Part shown: positions 1 through 12,851 of the stretch, in pieces
How positions within the stretch are numbered: the stretch's first letter is position 1
How the letters are laid out: each line of letters begins with the position of its first letter
DNA from: a phage
Sequence record: PZ452606.1
Reading direction: 5' to 3' (one strand)
DNA length: 64,000 nt
Program-made: the position numbers and the translations under genes
Notes under the pieces: model-generated
Database searches by the model: none
The model's input: only the letters and a program-made list of their open reading frames with translations
What the model was told of the DNA's origin: nothing

Positions 1-172
1 CAGTAAAGAAATTATGAACTTGAATTGTAAAGGTGAAATCTGTTCCCATACCTTCTGTTGTTTCTACTTCAATAATATCACCTTCAACTGCCATTAAGAA
101 CCACATAGTTTCATCATATTTACCATTGAAGCATTTAGTTTTAACTGCAGCGTTCAGATTAATCGTTTTCAT
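1..172 (-). CDS. hypothetical protein, partial (3' end beyond window edge)
   Basis: ATG at 170-172 preceded by AAGGAG; frame open to position 1. Confidence 0.5.
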   Translation of the reverse strand, partial: MKTINLNAAVKTKCFNGKYDETMWFLMAVEGDIIEVETTEGMGTDFTFTIQVHNFFT

Positions 173-199
173 TTTATTCTCCTTTGTTTGTGTAAGATA

Positions 200-228
200 A
201 TACTATCACAAAGGAGCTATACTGTAAA
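200..228 (-). promoter_or_regulatory. early (sigma70) promoter
   Basis: TTTACA, 17-bp spacer, TAGTAT on minus strand. Confidence 0.4.
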
Positions 229-252
229 CAACTTTGTGCAATCTTTGGAAAA

Positions 253-277
253 TAAAAAAGGACTCCCGAAGGAGTCC
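253..277 (-). terminator. rho-independent terminator
   Basis: GGACTCC-TTCG-GGAGTCC hairpin then U-tract on minus strand. Confidence 0.6.
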
Positions 278-282
278 TCAAC

Positions 283-459
283 TTATGCTTTCTGCTTACC
301 AAAACGAGAAGCATCATCTCGAAGAACCGCACGTGCTCGGCGCATGATCTTCTCAACAGTTTGATTGATACGAGAGTTCGACCCACGCTTGTAACCAGCG
401 CGTTTAGAATCACCAACTTTCTTTTCAACTGCTTTCTTTGCTTTAACTTGTTTTGCCAT
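283..459 (-). CDS. small basic hypothetical protein
   Basis: Track ORF 283-501; internal ATG at 459 gives a Lys/Arg-rich 58 aa product; terminator follows. Confidence 0.45.
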   Translation of the reverse strand: MAKQVKAKKAVEKKVGDSKRAGYKRGSNSRINQTVEKIMRRARAVLRDDASRFGKQKA

Positions 460-747
460 TATAAATTCTCTTTTAAACGAAAATGCAGGACTTATTGGCA
501 TTGCCTGCGAAAGCCCTCAAAGGGGTACTTAGGTTTTGAATATTTACCGACAGGATAACCATAAACCCGTCATCATACCACCAAGACTTACACAGATAAC
601 ACTTTTCTGACGCATGATAGTAACATTCAAGAGGTACACCGTAAAACTGCCGGGGTCTTAAAACTATAATGATTCGCAAATCATTAATCAGACAGTTCGA
701 CGGCTCCTCGATTTTAGCTCACACTAAGGCAGTGAATCTCCAATAAA

Positions 748-996
748 TTACTTCAGTGTTACCACAAAGTGACGAACTGCTTTTCGTGCAGCAGAAGCCA
801 GAGGCTTAGCATATTTAAGTTCATCTTTTTCCTGAAGCTCAGCAGCTAATGCAGTTTGAGCAGGATTCAGATGTTTGAAATAACGCAGGATTTCAAGAGC
901 TTCGGCTTCAACATCAATAGATGCGCCATAGTTTTCGTGACCATTATTCCATGCGTTTCGTTGCAGTTCAAGAGCGTGTTGTAATTGTTTAATCAT
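748..996 (-). CDS. rIII: rIII lysis inhibition accessory protein
   Basis: 82 aa, size and position next to gene 31 as in T4. Confidence 0.8.
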   Translation of the reverse strand: MIKQLQHALELQRNAWNNGHENYGASIDVEAEALEILRYFKHLNPAQTALAAELQEKDELKYAKPLASAARKAVRHFVVTLK

Positions 997-1135
997 TTAA
1001 AAATTCTCGTTAGAGATTAAAACTCGGTAGTCACGTTCTTCTGAATTTCATCTTCTTTCGACAGATCTCTCAGTTGTAGACTACCACATAGAATTGTTCG
1101 GTTAACTTATTATTCCGACACCCAATTCATATTAT

Positions 1136-1143
1136 TATTTATA
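1136..1143 (-). promoter_or_regulatory. late promoter-like TATAAATA box
   Basis: exact TATAAATA on minus strand just after gene 31 stop, upstream of rIII. Confidence 0.35.
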
Positions 1144-1479
1144 TCACTTATAAAGACACGGAATAGCTTTATAATGACAGGTAACGAATTTTTGTTTAAT
1201 TTCTTTTGGCTGCTTAAGACCCAGAGCTACAAAAGGATGCGGAACATTTCGAATTTGACCAACTGGAAGAGAAGTCAAATCACCAACTTCGCAGAAACCT
1301 TCAGGAACATCAGGACCGACAGAGTGAACTACACACAGTTCAGGAACTTCACCTTGAACACGTTTACCGATGATAAGTCCTGATTCTGTAACTTCTTCAT
1401 CACCGGCTTGTGCAGGTTCAGAAACTAAAATAACATATTCACCGACAGCACGAATTGGTAGCTGTTGTACTTCAGACAT
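1144..1479 (-). CDS. 31: gp31 co-chaperonin (GroES-like)
   Basis: 111 aa; sequence matches T4 gp31 from memory. Confidence 0.9.
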
Positions 1480-1509
1480 CGTTTTTCCTTTTTGTTAACA
1501 GATGAATTA

Positions 1510-1534
1510 ATAATAACAAATAATTCTTAAAGCA
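1510..1534 (-). promoter_or_regulatory. MotA-dependent middle promoter upstream of gene 31
   Basis: TGCTTTA MotA box, 12-nt spacer, TATTAT. Confidence 0.45.
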
Positions 1535-1535
1535 T

Positions 1536-1844
1536 TTATTTACCAATAAATTGGAGTAAATGCTCAACTTTCATACCATTAACAGAAATCAATTTGTCAA
1601 TAGAAAAACCTCGCCATGCACCAAGCTCAACATCAAATACTGGAATCATGTCAGTAGATTCTTTCCGAGTAGATTCAGTCAATTTACCAGTTTGCATGGT
1701 TGGCATAAAGTCTGCATCACGAGTACCTTTCATAGTACGAATAGTACCATCAGACTTTTCAAAAACTACGTTTGAAACACCCATGGACAATTTAGTTTTC
1801 AAAATTTCACGAATTGCTACTTTCTGCTCAGTTGTCAGTTTCAT
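1536..1844 (-). CDS. hypothetical protein
   Basis: ORF tightly packed after gene 31; no recognised family. Confidence 0.55.
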   Translation of the reverse strand: MKLTTEQKVAIREILKTKLSMGVSNVVFEKSDGTIRTMKGTRDADFMPTMQTGKLTESTRKESTDMIPVFDVELGAWRGFSIDKLISVNGMKVEHLLQFIGK

Positions 1845-2081
1845 TTATTTACCTATTACAGTTTTAATATGAGTTGTTCCACGTTCTTTAAGGGTGGAAA
1901 GTAATTTTTGGCATTTTTCTAAATCAGATTTCCAACTATATGGTCTATCAATACTAGTCCAATCAGTTTTATAATACTGTTTCCATTTAGAGAAAAAATA
2001 TTTCTTATACTCTACAGCAAATGAGATGTTCTCGTTAGAATAAGAACTAATTGCTGTGAGCTTTACCAAACGAAATTTCAT
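1845..2081 (-). CDS. hypothetical protein
   Basis: ORF abutting cd; no recognised family. Confidence 0.5.
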   Translation of the reverse strand: MKFRLVKLTAISSYSNENISFAVEYKKYFFSKWKQYYKTDWTSIDRPYSWKSDLEKCQKLLSTLKERGTTHIKTVIGK

Positions 2082-2662
2082 TATTCACCACAGAATTCGT
2101 TGATATTTTCCCAGTTTAACTTATTCAAGTTTTTCTTAGGAACATTAAACACTTCAATACCTGCATTTCGCAGAATATCATCCCAGCCAGGTTTATTTTT
2201 ATCGTATGTTTCACAATAAACCAGCTTTTTAATACCAGATTGAGCTATCGCTTTTGCACAATCTGGGCAAGGAGAAAGTGTTACATACATAGTAGCACCT
2301 TCAATAGAAGAACCATTTCGTGCAGCAAACAAAATTGCATTTAGTTCAGCATGAATTTCATTTTTAGACGACCATTCAGAGTGAGCGCTACGGTGTTCTT
2401 TCGCCAAAACAAAACGATCAGTTGAACCAAATGATACGCATTCAGGCTTATGGCCTTGAATGATAGTATGTTTAGGCTTATTCAGCAACCAACCTTGCTC
2501 AGCAGCATAATCACAACAGTTCACACCACCTGCGGGTGAACCATTATACCCAGTAGAAATAATACGTCCATTCTTTTCAATTACTGCTCCTACCTTCCAG
2601 GAGCAACATTTTGATTCCTGCGATACTAAATATGCAATTTGAAGTACTGTACTCGCTTTCAT
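2081..2662 (-). CDS. cd: dCMP deaminase
   Basis: 193 aa; cytidine/dCMP deaminase zinc motifs (HAE, PCxxC); T4 Cd length. Confidence 0.9.
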   Translation of the reverse strand: MKASTVLQIAYLVSQESKCCSWKVGAVIEKNGRIISTGYNGSPAGGVNCCDYAAEQGWLLNKPKHTIIQGHKPECVSFGSTDRFVLAKEHRSAHSEWSSKNEIHAELNAILFAARNGSSIEGATMYVTLSPCPDCAKAIAQSGIKKLVYCETYDKNKPGWDDILRNAGIEVFNVPKKNLNKLNWENINEFCGE

Positions 2663-2997
2663 TTCATAATCACCAGATAAGCAGATTTAGCAGTTTCAAC
2701 ACGATAAATTTCGTGACGAAGTTTAGTTATACTTTTAATAACAGAACTAATTATATTCTGCCCATCTTTAAAGCGGTTTTTCTTATCAATAAAAACTGCG
2801 CCAACCATCTTTTTGTGAAGCTCAACTGGATACTTCGTCACAATAATAGCATCATACACAGAAGGATGAATACTATTCACCAGAGTATCATTCATTAAAG
2901 TTATTCTAATGAACTGTGTTGTTTCAGAATCAAGCGCTCTATGATCGCCAGTATCATTTTCAAGACAATTATCAATTATATCAGTTAAATTCATCAT
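2659..2997 (-). CDS. hypothetical protein
   Basis: 4-nt overlap with cd; T4 cd.x position. Confidence 0.5.
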   Translation of the reverse strand: MMNLTDIIDNCLENDTGDHRALDSETTQFIRITLMNDTLVNSIHPSVYDAIIVTKYPVELHKKMVGAVFIDKKNRFKDGQNIISSVIKSITKLRHEIYRVETAKSAYLVIMK

Positions 2998-3233
2998 AGT
3001 ACGCCATACACCCTTTGTGCTTCAACTAATCCATCAAAATCCAGTTTAAGATGCGATATTTGATCGCCATCACCTGGATTCACAATTACTAATACTGAAC
3101 GAGGAGTTTCGGTAATAACACGAACCGATGTTTCAGGAAATCGTTCAGAAACCTTATTTACCAATTCCTGCGCAAATAGCTTAACTTTTTCTTGGAATTC
3201 TTTAACAGTAATCGGTTTTTCACTTAGCAGCAT
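2994..3233 (-). CDS. hypothetical protein
   Basis: ORF with GAGGAAAA SD; early promoter upstream. Confidence 0.5.
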   Translation of the reverse strand: MLLSEKPITVKEFQEKVKLFAQELVNKVSERFPETSVRVITETPRSVLVIVNPGDGDQISHLKLDFDGLVEAQRVYGVL

Positions 3234-3262
3234 TTTGTTTTCCTCATTTGTTTGGTAGAGCT

Positions 3263-3291
3263 ATAATATCACAACTCTACCGTAAAGTAAA
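3263..3291 (-). promoter_or_regulatory. early (sigma70) promoter
   Basis: TTTACT-17-TATTAT. Confidence 0.5.
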
Positions 3292-3294
3292 CTA

Positions 3295-3570
3295 TTAAAT
3301 TGCTTTGAATTCTGCTGTCTGCGATTCAAAACGAATATCGCCTTTGATAACTAGCTCAGCATCAAGACCGAATACAACAATGATATGCGCGGAACCTGGA
3401 TACAGCGTAATGGCAACAGAATCCACCTGGTCTGGAAGCAAAGTATTCAATACATGAGTCACTTGAGCATGAATTCGAAGCTCAGCTGCGTTATCAAGTT
3501 TTTCAAACATATTATTAGCGATAATTTGGCTAAACACTACTTCTACGATTTTAGAGTAAGTCGGAAACAT
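3295..3570 (-). CDS. hypothetical protein
   Basis: six-frame ORF in cd-pseT interval. Confidence 0.5.
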   Translation of the reverse strand: MFPTYSKIVEVVFSQIIANNMFEKLDNAAELRIHAQVTHVLNTLLPDQVDSVAITLYPGSAHIIVVFGLDAELVIKGDIRFESQTAEFKAI

Positions 3571-3572
3571 AT

Positions 3573-3773
3573 TTACCTCGCATAATTTTCTTCAAGCCAA
3601 TCAATAACATCCAACGCATTATCAAAAGTTGAACCATCTACTCTGTCTTCTGTTTCATAATCAAGAACATCTAAGCCTACTCTTCCGTCAACAATAGGCC
3701 ATAGACAGAATAGGTATTTCTTTTCTTTTTCAATTTTATCACAAAGACGATAAATCTTTTCTATGTTATTCAT
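3573..3773 (-). CDS. hypothetical protein
   Basis: six-frame ORF in cd-pseT interval. Confidence 0.45.
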   Translation of the reverse strand: MNNIEKIYRLCDKIEKEKKYLFCLWPIVDGRVGLDVLDYETEDRVDGSTFDNALDVIDWLEENYAR

Positions 3774-3962
3774 AAGTTTTCCATGGTAAAGGCAGTTTAG
3801 TTTTCTTTACTGTTAGTTCAACATCAGGATTCTTTTCTCTTAATTTAAGGCATTCCTCCCAAGCTCTGATTTCACTAGCGAATACACAAAATTGCCCATT
3901 ACTAGTACCGACTAAACCGCTATTTACAATAATAATAGCCCAAGTTTCATGATGCCACGCCA

Positions 3963-3963
<1 letters not shown>
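3766..3963 (-). CDS. hypothetical protein
   Basis: six-frame ORF abutting pseT. Confidence 0.45.
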
Positions 3964-5166
<1,203 letters not shown>

Positions 5167-5170
<4 letters not shown>

Positions 5171-5397
5171 TTATTTTTCTCAACCAATGATTGAATATAA
5201 TCATGCAGGTCTTTAGATGCTTTACCCCACTTATTTTGATATTCATTTTTAAGATTAGCCCGAGATTGAGCTAATAAAACATCATTAGTTGGAGGTAAAG
5301 ATTCTAATCGTTGAATCTGACGTCCATAAATCATTGCAGCCATCTCAGATTCATAAATCAATCCTTTGAGATGTTCAAATTGATGCCATGAAATCAT
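5167..5397 (-). CDS. hypothetical protein
   Basis: ORF with 4-nt overlaps to both neighbours. Confidence 0.5.
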
Positions 5398-5693
5398 TTA
5401 CATTTATCCTCTTTTAGCTCTTGACGATAATAGCATATCATAGTTTTTTGGTCATGTACATATCGTTTTACATCATTAAGCCAAATACGAAATTCCTGGG
5501 AATCTTCAAATGGCATACCGACCCAAGCTTTACCATCAATAACTTTAACTTGCCAAGATAGTTTAGCTTCATCATATGACTTTATTTGTACAGGCCAATT
5601 AGGATGAACTGTTTCTTTCTTTACTTCTAGAGGCTTTGTAGAACAACCAACTAGAAGACCAATAGATAATATTACTGCTGATAGTTTAATCAT
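5394..5693 (-). CDS. putative o-spanin (outer membrane lipoprotein)
   Basis: Signal peptide with lipobox LVGC; 4-nt overlap with the upstream i-spanin candidate; position of T4 pseT.2. Confidence 0.6.
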   Translation of the reverse strand: MIKLSAVILSIGLLVGCSTKPLEVKKETVHPNWPVQIKSYDEAKLSWQVKVIDGKAWVGMPFEDSQEFRIWLNDVKRYVHDQKTMICYYRQELKEDKCK

Positions 5694-6043
5694 TTAGAAA
5701 GGTCCTGGATGTCTTCTGCGAACTTGTTGAAGGAGTTGTTGATTTGTTTTTCAACCAATCCTGGCTTATGAGCCACCACATCCGCCTTCTTTGCGTCTTT
5801 GCGCAGTTTTTCATTTTCACGCTCAATAGCAGCAATTGCCTCACGATTTTTATTATTCATCGCATCAATATAATTATACTGAATTCGCAAATTATTTAAT
5901 GCTAAGGCGTTTTCATTGGCCGTTTTTGTAATTTCTACAACAGACGTTTCTAATCTTTCAATTTTATTTTTTAAAATTAAAGAAGTTCCGCCTAATGCAA
6001 TTACAATTAATAGCAAACCTGCTGTCGTATTACTTAATTGCAT
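5690..6043 (-). CDS. putative i-spanin
   Basis: N-terminal transmembrane helix followed by charged helical region; position of T4 pseT.3. Confidence 0.6.
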   Translation of the reverse strand: MQLSNTTAGLLLIVIALGGTSLILKNKIERLETSVVEITKTANENALALNNLRIQYNYIDAMNNKNREAIAAIERENEKLRKDAKKADVVAHKPGLVEKQINNSFNKFAEDIQDLSK

Positions 6044-6540
6044 AAAGTTTTAATAACCTCTATAATATCGTCTTGAGAAAGACCGTTAATTAAAATATGA
6101 TGTTCAGCTGGAGATTTAGAAATTTTAAAGCATGCCTCAACATCTTCTGCCATATCCGATGCACTACGATTTGGATTACTAATACCAAGGCGGTGTTTTC
6201 CCGTCAAAGGATTAACGATGATATAGCATTTGCAGCTATTGATATGAACATTGGGTTGAGTCTGATTAATGAACACTTCACAATCATACTTAGCGAGTTG
6301 ATTTTCTAAAAAGACTTTCATCTCTTCAACCGCATCAGGAAGCATATCACGGGCTTGCTCAAGACGACGATTTCGATATTCTTTAATGGTCGTTTTCCGC
6401 TTGACTTGCTTAGCTAAATCTTTCTTAAGATCGGTGATATATCCAACTCGACGATTTCCTTTGAATACAGAAATCCCATCTGTAGTATCACCGTATGCTT
6501 CAACGACCATTTCAGTAGTAATAAGTTGTAAATCCATCAT
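6034..6540 (-). CDS. alc: Alc, inhibitor of transcription on cytosine DNA
   Basis: 168 aa ORF between pseT cluster and gene 63, as T4 alc (167 aa). Confidence 0.7.
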   Translation of the reverse strand: MMDLQLITTEMVVEAYGDTTDGISVFKGNRRVGYITDLKKDLAKQVKRKTTIKEYRNRRLEQARDMLPDAVEEMKVFLENQLAKYDCEVFINQTQPNVHINSCKCYIIVNPLTGKHRLGISNPNRSASDMAEDVEACFKISKSPAEHHILINGLSQDDIIEVIKTLCN

Positions 6541-6601
6541 AAAGTCCTCATGTTATGTCAGTAAGACTACTGTAACACAACACGAGGGACTTGTAAACAG
6601 C

Positions 6602-8189
<1,588 letters not shown>

Positions 8190-8197
8190 AATAAAAT

Positions 8198-8218
8198 GGG
8201 CCTTGCGGCCCACTCCTT
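8198..8218 (-). promoter_or_regulatory. hairpin splitting the denA Shine-Dalgarno from its start codon
   Basis: GGAG, then GGGCC-GCAA-GGCCC hairpin, then 8 nt, then ATG. Confidence 0.4.
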
Positions 8219-9395
8219 AAAAATATTTTTTAAAACTCATCATAACTTTATCATCAACATCATTATCAATCTGTGCTACAAGGTAAGATGACAGTTCTAC
8301 TTCTTGCGGTGCAGATTGAACATTATCAGAATTAAGATATTCACGAATCCAAGGATATGGATGTTTAACCGGAGCATCGGTAATTGGGCATGGAAGACCG
8401 CACTGTTTCATACGAGATACAGTTAAGTAATCAATAAAGCTCCACATGCTATTTGTATTTAATCCAGGAACATCGCCATCTTTAAATAAATGAACTGCCC
8501 AATCTTTTTCTTGGCGGTTAACTTCCATGAAAATATCAACTGCTTCTTGTTCACACTCTTGAGCAATTTTAACCCATTGATCGCCATCAGTACCAGATTG
8601 AAGTTGACGAATAATATATTGTGTACCTTTAAGATGAAGCTGCTCATCACGTGCAATGAACTTCATAATCTTGGCATTACCTTCCATGATTTCCATGTTC
8701 TTATGGAAGTTAAAGGTACATGCGAAAGATACATAAAAACGAATAGCTTCCAATGCGTTGATTACATGCAAACAGAGGTAAAGAGATTTCATTAGCTCAC
8801 GCTTCCAATATGTCTCATGCTCAATAGCATCTTCAATAACGTCTTCGTCTGCATTAATTTCTTTTTGGTATTCGATATCAGCTTTAGCGTTTTCCCAATA
8901 ACGAGTTTTAATCAGAACATCATCATAATAACGTCCAATGGATTCAGCACGTTTCATAATAGCTTCATCTAATACAATTTCATCAAATACCTTCGATGGA
9001 TCAGTATAAAGATTTCGCATGATATGAGTATATGAACGACTGTGAATAGTTTCACTAAAAGTCCATGTAGCAACCCATGTATCAAGGCTTGGGTCTGAAA
9101 TTAATGACATAAGTACAGCAGATGGCGCGCGACCCTGAATGCTATCTAAAAGTGATTGATACTTCAAGTTGTTAGTAAAAATATTTTGCTGATACTGAGG
9201 AAGCTTATTAAACTGTGCAGCATCCATCATCAAGTTTACTTCTTCAGGACGCCAGAAAAATGATAAAGATTTCTCAATAAGTTCTTCAAATACTCTATGC
9301 CGTTGAATATCATATCGAGCTAAACCCAATCCAGAACCAAAAAACATCGGCTCAGTCAAAATATTAACAGGGGATGTATTAAAAACTGTACTCAT
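8217..9395 (-). CDS. nrdB: ribonucleotide reductase small subunit
   Basis: 392 aa continuous ORF, no intron. Confidence 0.9.
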   Translation of the reverse strand: MSTVFNTSPVNILTEPMFFGSGLGLARYDIQRHRVFEELIEKSLSFFWRPEEVNLMMDAAQFNKLPQYQQNIFTNNLKYQSLLDSIQGRAPSAVLMSLISDPSLDTWVATWTFSETIHSRSYTHIMRNLYTDPSKVFDEIVLDEAIMKRAESIGRYYDDVLIKTRYWENAKADIEYQKEINADEDVIEDAIEHETYWKRELMKSLYLCLHVINALEAIRFYVSFACTFNFHKNMEIMEGNAKIMKFIARDEQLHLKGTQYIIRQLQSGTDGDQWVKIAQECEQEAVDIFMEVNRQEKDWAVHLFKDGDVPGLNTNSMWSFIDYLTVSRMKQCGLPCPITDAPVKHPYPWIREYLNSDNVQSAPQEVELSSYLVAQIDNDVDDKVMMSFKKYF

Positions 9396-10033
9396 TTAGA
9401 ATCCTTAAATTTACATTTATCATAATGCCATCTTAGAGCATTGCCTTTATTAACCTTCTTGCCACAATGCGGACAAGGCGGATACTCTATACTTTGCTTA
9501 GTTCTCAAAGAAATCAAATCACGAGTTTCTTTAGTATGAGGAACATCTCTTGTCGGAGAGATTGTACCATACATCGGATTAAGCACGCCGACTTTAGCAG
9601 CAGCTATATTCTTTTTAGCTTCTTCGGTTTTAGGTTTTCTCATGCGAGCTAAATGCTCTTTGGTAAATTTCCTTCCTTTAAGAGCTCTACTTATCTTTTC
9701 CCTGGTTTCTATAGAAACTTCACGTCCTATAGCAGCTTCAGATAAACGTCGTCTACCTAATTCGTATAGTTGAGAAGAAATTTTATATGAGCGATTTTTA
9801 CCAGTCAAGCACATTAAACCAAAAGCTTTCTTTAATCCTGGGGTGTCATATATTTTGCATAAAAGCCAATGAGCTATAAAATGCTCTCTACCTGTTAATT
9901 CAACTAAATTTTCTTTATCATCAGAACCTCCCATACATCTAGGGATTATATGATGAGTCTCTTTATATTCAGATAAAGGTTCCCGAGCCTGAGCTCGGGA
10001 AATTAGGTCATTATAGATTTTTTGATAATTCAT
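9392..10033 (-). CDS. HNH homing endonuclease (mobE-like)
   Basis: HNH motif HHIIPRCMGGSDDKENLVELTGREHFIAH, NUMOD-like repeats, C-terminal CxxC zinc finger; wedged between nrdA and nrdB. Confidence 0.75.
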   Translation of the reverse strand: MNYQKIYNDLISRAQAREPLSEYKETHHIIPRCMGGSDDKENLVELTGREHFIAHWLLCKIYDTPGLKKAFGLMCLTGKNRSYKISSQLYELGRRRLSEAAIGREVSIETREKISRALKGRKFTKEHLARMRKPKTEEAKKNIAAAKVGVLNPMYGTISPTRDVPHTKETRDLISLRTKQSIEYPPCPHCGKKVNKGNALRWHYDKCKFKDSK

Positions 10034-12297
10034 TACAATTTACACGCTGCACAATCGTCGGCTTTTGGAGTTTCTATTTCATAATCATCAGTACCAGAAC
10101 CATCACGGGTATTATGATAATAGAAATTTTTTCCGCCAAAATACCAAAAATACAAAAGGTCATCAATCATTATTGACATTGGAACCTTTCCTTTTGGAAA
10201 AATCTGTGGGTCATAATATGTATTCGCCGAAGCTGATTGACAAACCCATTTCAGCATAATAGCTACCTGCGTAAGATAAGGTTTATTACCTTTCTTAGCT
10301 AATTTCCATGTATAGTCGTAAAGGTCTATGTTATGCTCAATATTGGGCACGACTTGATTAAAGGAGCCCTCTTTTGATTCTTTAACAGAGACTGGTCCAC
10401 GTGGAGGCTCGATACCGTTTGTACTGTTAGAAACTTGGGAAGATGACTCACATGGCATAAGTGCTGATAATGTGCTATTACGGATGCCAAAGAGCTTAAG
10501 GTCTTCCCGCAGCGACGACCAGTCACAAACGTATTTTGGAGCTGCGATTTGGTCAATCTTTTTATTGTACCAGTCGATAGGTAATTCGCCTCGAGACCAA
10601 CGAGTGTCTGAATAATATTCGCAAGGTCCTTTTTCTTTGGCGAGCTTAATGGATGCTTTAATGAGTCCATACTGTAATCTCTCAAATAGTTCATGTGTTA
10701 AATCGTTAGCATCTTCATAAGAAGCAAAGTTACTTGCCAGCCAAGCTGCATAGTTGGTAACACCCACACCGAGGTTACGGCGCTTTTTAGCTTTTTCTGC
10801 TTCAGGAACTGGATATCCTTGGTAATCCAAAAGATTATCAAGAGCACGAACTTGGACTTCTGCCAATTCATTAATTTTATCTTGGTCTTGCCAATCGAAG
10901 TTATCCAGCACAAATGCAGATAACGTGCACAATCCAATTTCAGCATCGGGGCTATTCACATCATTTGTTGGAATAGCAATTTCACAGCACAAGTTACTCT
11001 GACGAATAGGTGCCTTTTCACGAATAAATGGAGTATAGTTATTCGTATTATCAATGAACTGCACATAAATCCTTGCTGTTCCTGAGCGTTCAGTCATGAG
11101 CAATTCAAATAGTTCACGGGCTTTAATGCGCTTTTTACGAATATTAGGGTCTTTTTCTGCTGCTTCGTATAATTCACGGAAACGGTCTTGGTCTTTAAAA
11201 TAAGAATAATAAAGCTCGCCACCCATTTCATGCGGACTGAACAAAGTAATGTAGTCGTTCTTTCCAAAACGTTCCATCATTAGATCATTCAGTTGAACAC
11301 CATAATCCATATGACGAATGCGGTTTTCTTCTACGCCTTTGTTATTTTTCAAAACGAGAAGATTTTCAACTTCCAAATGCCAAATAGGATAATAAGCAGT
11401 AGCAGCGCCGCCACGAATTCCACCCTGTGAGCATGATTTAACTGCAGTCTGAAAATGTTTCCAAAAAGGAATAACACCGGTATGGCGTACTTCACCCATG
11501 CCAATCTTAGAACCTTCGGCACGAATCATACCAACGTTAATACCAATTCCAGCGCGTTTAGAGATATATTCAACAATTGAAGCGGAAGCCTTATTGATAG
11601 ACTTCAGCGAATCACCTGCCTCAATAACAACACATGAACTAAACTGTCGAGTCGGAGTACGACAACCAGCCATAATAGGAGTTGGCAGTGAAATCTGTCG
11701 AGTAGATACTGCTTCATAAAAACGGATAACATGTTTTAGTCTATCAACAGGTTCATCTTGATGCAGTGCCATTCCAATAGCCATAAATGCAAACTGTGGA
11801 GTTTCATAAATTTGACCAGTGGTTTTATCTTTAACTAGATATTTTTCTTTTAATTGCATCGCCCCGGAATAAGTAAATTCCATATCCCGCTCGTGCTTAA
11901 TTTTTGATTCTAAAAATGTAATTTCTTCTGCTGAATATTTTGACAATAATTCAGGGTCATATTTACCTGCATTTACACAATAAGAAATATGGTCAATAAA
12001 TGAACGCGGTTCATACTGCCCATAAACATGCTTACGAAGAGCAAACATTAAACAACGTGCAGCTACATATTGGTAATCAGGCTCTTCAACCGAAATAGAA
12101 TTCGCAGCGGCCTTAATGACAATAGTCTGAATATCATCAGTTGTCATTCCATCACGGAGATAAGATTTAATATTTTCATATAATTCATAAGGATCTACTG
12201 ATGTTCCTTCAGCTGCCCAAGATAAAACTTTAATAATTTTTTGTGGGTCAAAGCTCTGAGAAACACCACTACTTTTGATAACATTAATTAATTGCAT
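10033..12297 (-). CDS. nrdA: ribonucleotide reductase large subunit
   Basis: 754 aa; ATP-cone N-terminus and class I RNR catalytic residues. Confidence 0.95.
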   Translation of the reverse strand: MQLINVIKSSGVSQSFDPQKIIKVLSWAAEGTSVDPYELYENIKSYLRDGMTTDDIQTIVIKAAANSISVEEPDYQYVAARCLMFALRKHVYGQYEPRSFIDHISYCVNAGKYDPELLSKYSAEEITFLESKIKHERDMEFTYSGAMQLKEKYLVKDKTTGQIYETPQFAFMAIGMALHQDEPVDRLKHVIRFYEAVSTRQISLPTPIMAGCRTPTRQFSSCVVIEAGDSLKSINKASASIVEYISKRAGIGINVGMIRAEGSKIGMGEVRHTGVIPFWKHFQTAVKSCSQGGIRGGAATAYYPIWHLEVENLLVLKNNKGVEENRIRHMDYGVQLNDLMMERFGKNDYITLFSPHEMGGELYYSYFKDQDRFRELYEAAEKDPNIRKKRIKARELFELLMTERSGTARIYVQFIDNTNNYTPFIREKAPIRQSNLCCEIAIPTNDVNSPDAEIGLCTLSAFVLDNFDWQDQDKINELAEVQVRALDNLLDYQGYPVPEAEKAKKRRNLGVGVTNYAAWLASNFASYEDANDLTHELFERLQYGLIKASIKLAKEKGPCEYYSDTRWSRGELPIDWYNKKIDQIAAPKYVCDWSSLREDLKLFGIRNSTLSALMPCESSSQVSNSTNGIEPPRGPVSVKESKEGSFNQVVPNIEHNIDLYDYTWKLAKKGNKPYLTQVAIMLKWVCQSASANTYYDPQIFPKGKVPMSIMIDDLLYFWYFGGKNFYYHNTRDGSGTDDYEIETPKADDCAACKL

Positions 12298-12614
12298 AAG
12301 TCCTCAACTTGAAAATCGTCTTTAAACAATCGGTTAACTATATGAGCTATTATATCACCATGACACGGCTTTGGTTTACATGTGCATCCTAGCCTCATTC
12401 CACGTAAAGGCTCTAAATGTGCTTTAGTTATTTCTCCGGATTTAATTCGACGTATAAAATCTTTTTTGAATAATTCAATGGCAGCCTCCCGGCTGCCAGC
12501 ATCTTTACCGACGTAATTTCCCCAAAATGTACCGCGGTGAATATTAACATCAAAGTCGGATTTATATTTATTCACTACTCGGCATAGACGGCCCACGCTG
12601 GAATAATTCGTCAT
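12288..12614 (-). CDS. conserved hypothetical protein (CxC...CHxD motif)
   Basis: 108 aa with [13 protein letters not shown] motif; position of T4 nrdA.1. Confidence 0.55.
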   Translation of the reverse strand: MTNYSSVGRLCRVVNKYKSDFDVNIHRGTFWGNYVGKDAGSREAAIELFKKDFIRRIKSGEITKAHLEPLRGMRLGCTCKPKPCHGDIIAHIVNRLFKDDFQVEDLCN

Positions 12615-12831
12615 ATTGTTTTTCCGTTAATACAGTAATATCATAGTAACAATCGGAAGAAGTTTTAACTGTGGAAATTTTATTATCAAAATACTCACGA
12701 GTCATTTTATGAGTATAGTATTTTTTACCATAAATGGTAATAGGCTGTTCTGGTCCTGGAACTTCTAACTCGCTTGGGTTAGGAAGTGTAAAAAGAACAA
12801 CGCCAGAAGTATCTTTAAATCGTAAAATCAT
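12568..12831 (-). CDS. hypothetical protein
   Basis: ATG at 12831 (track start is TTG); td-nrdA interval. Confidence 0.45.
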   Translation of the reverse strand: MILRFKDTSGVVLFTLPNPSELEVPGPEQPITIYGKKYYTHKMTREYFDNKISTVKTSSDCYYDITVLTEKQYDELFQRGPSMPSSE

Positions 12832-12851
12832 ACATCCTCGCAATAATAAAA

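Noticed and set aside
473-679. 68-aa track ORF in the rIII downstream intergenic region
   Set aside because: Starts at a non-ATG codon with no SD and overlaps a terminator-like palindrome and probable promoter elements.
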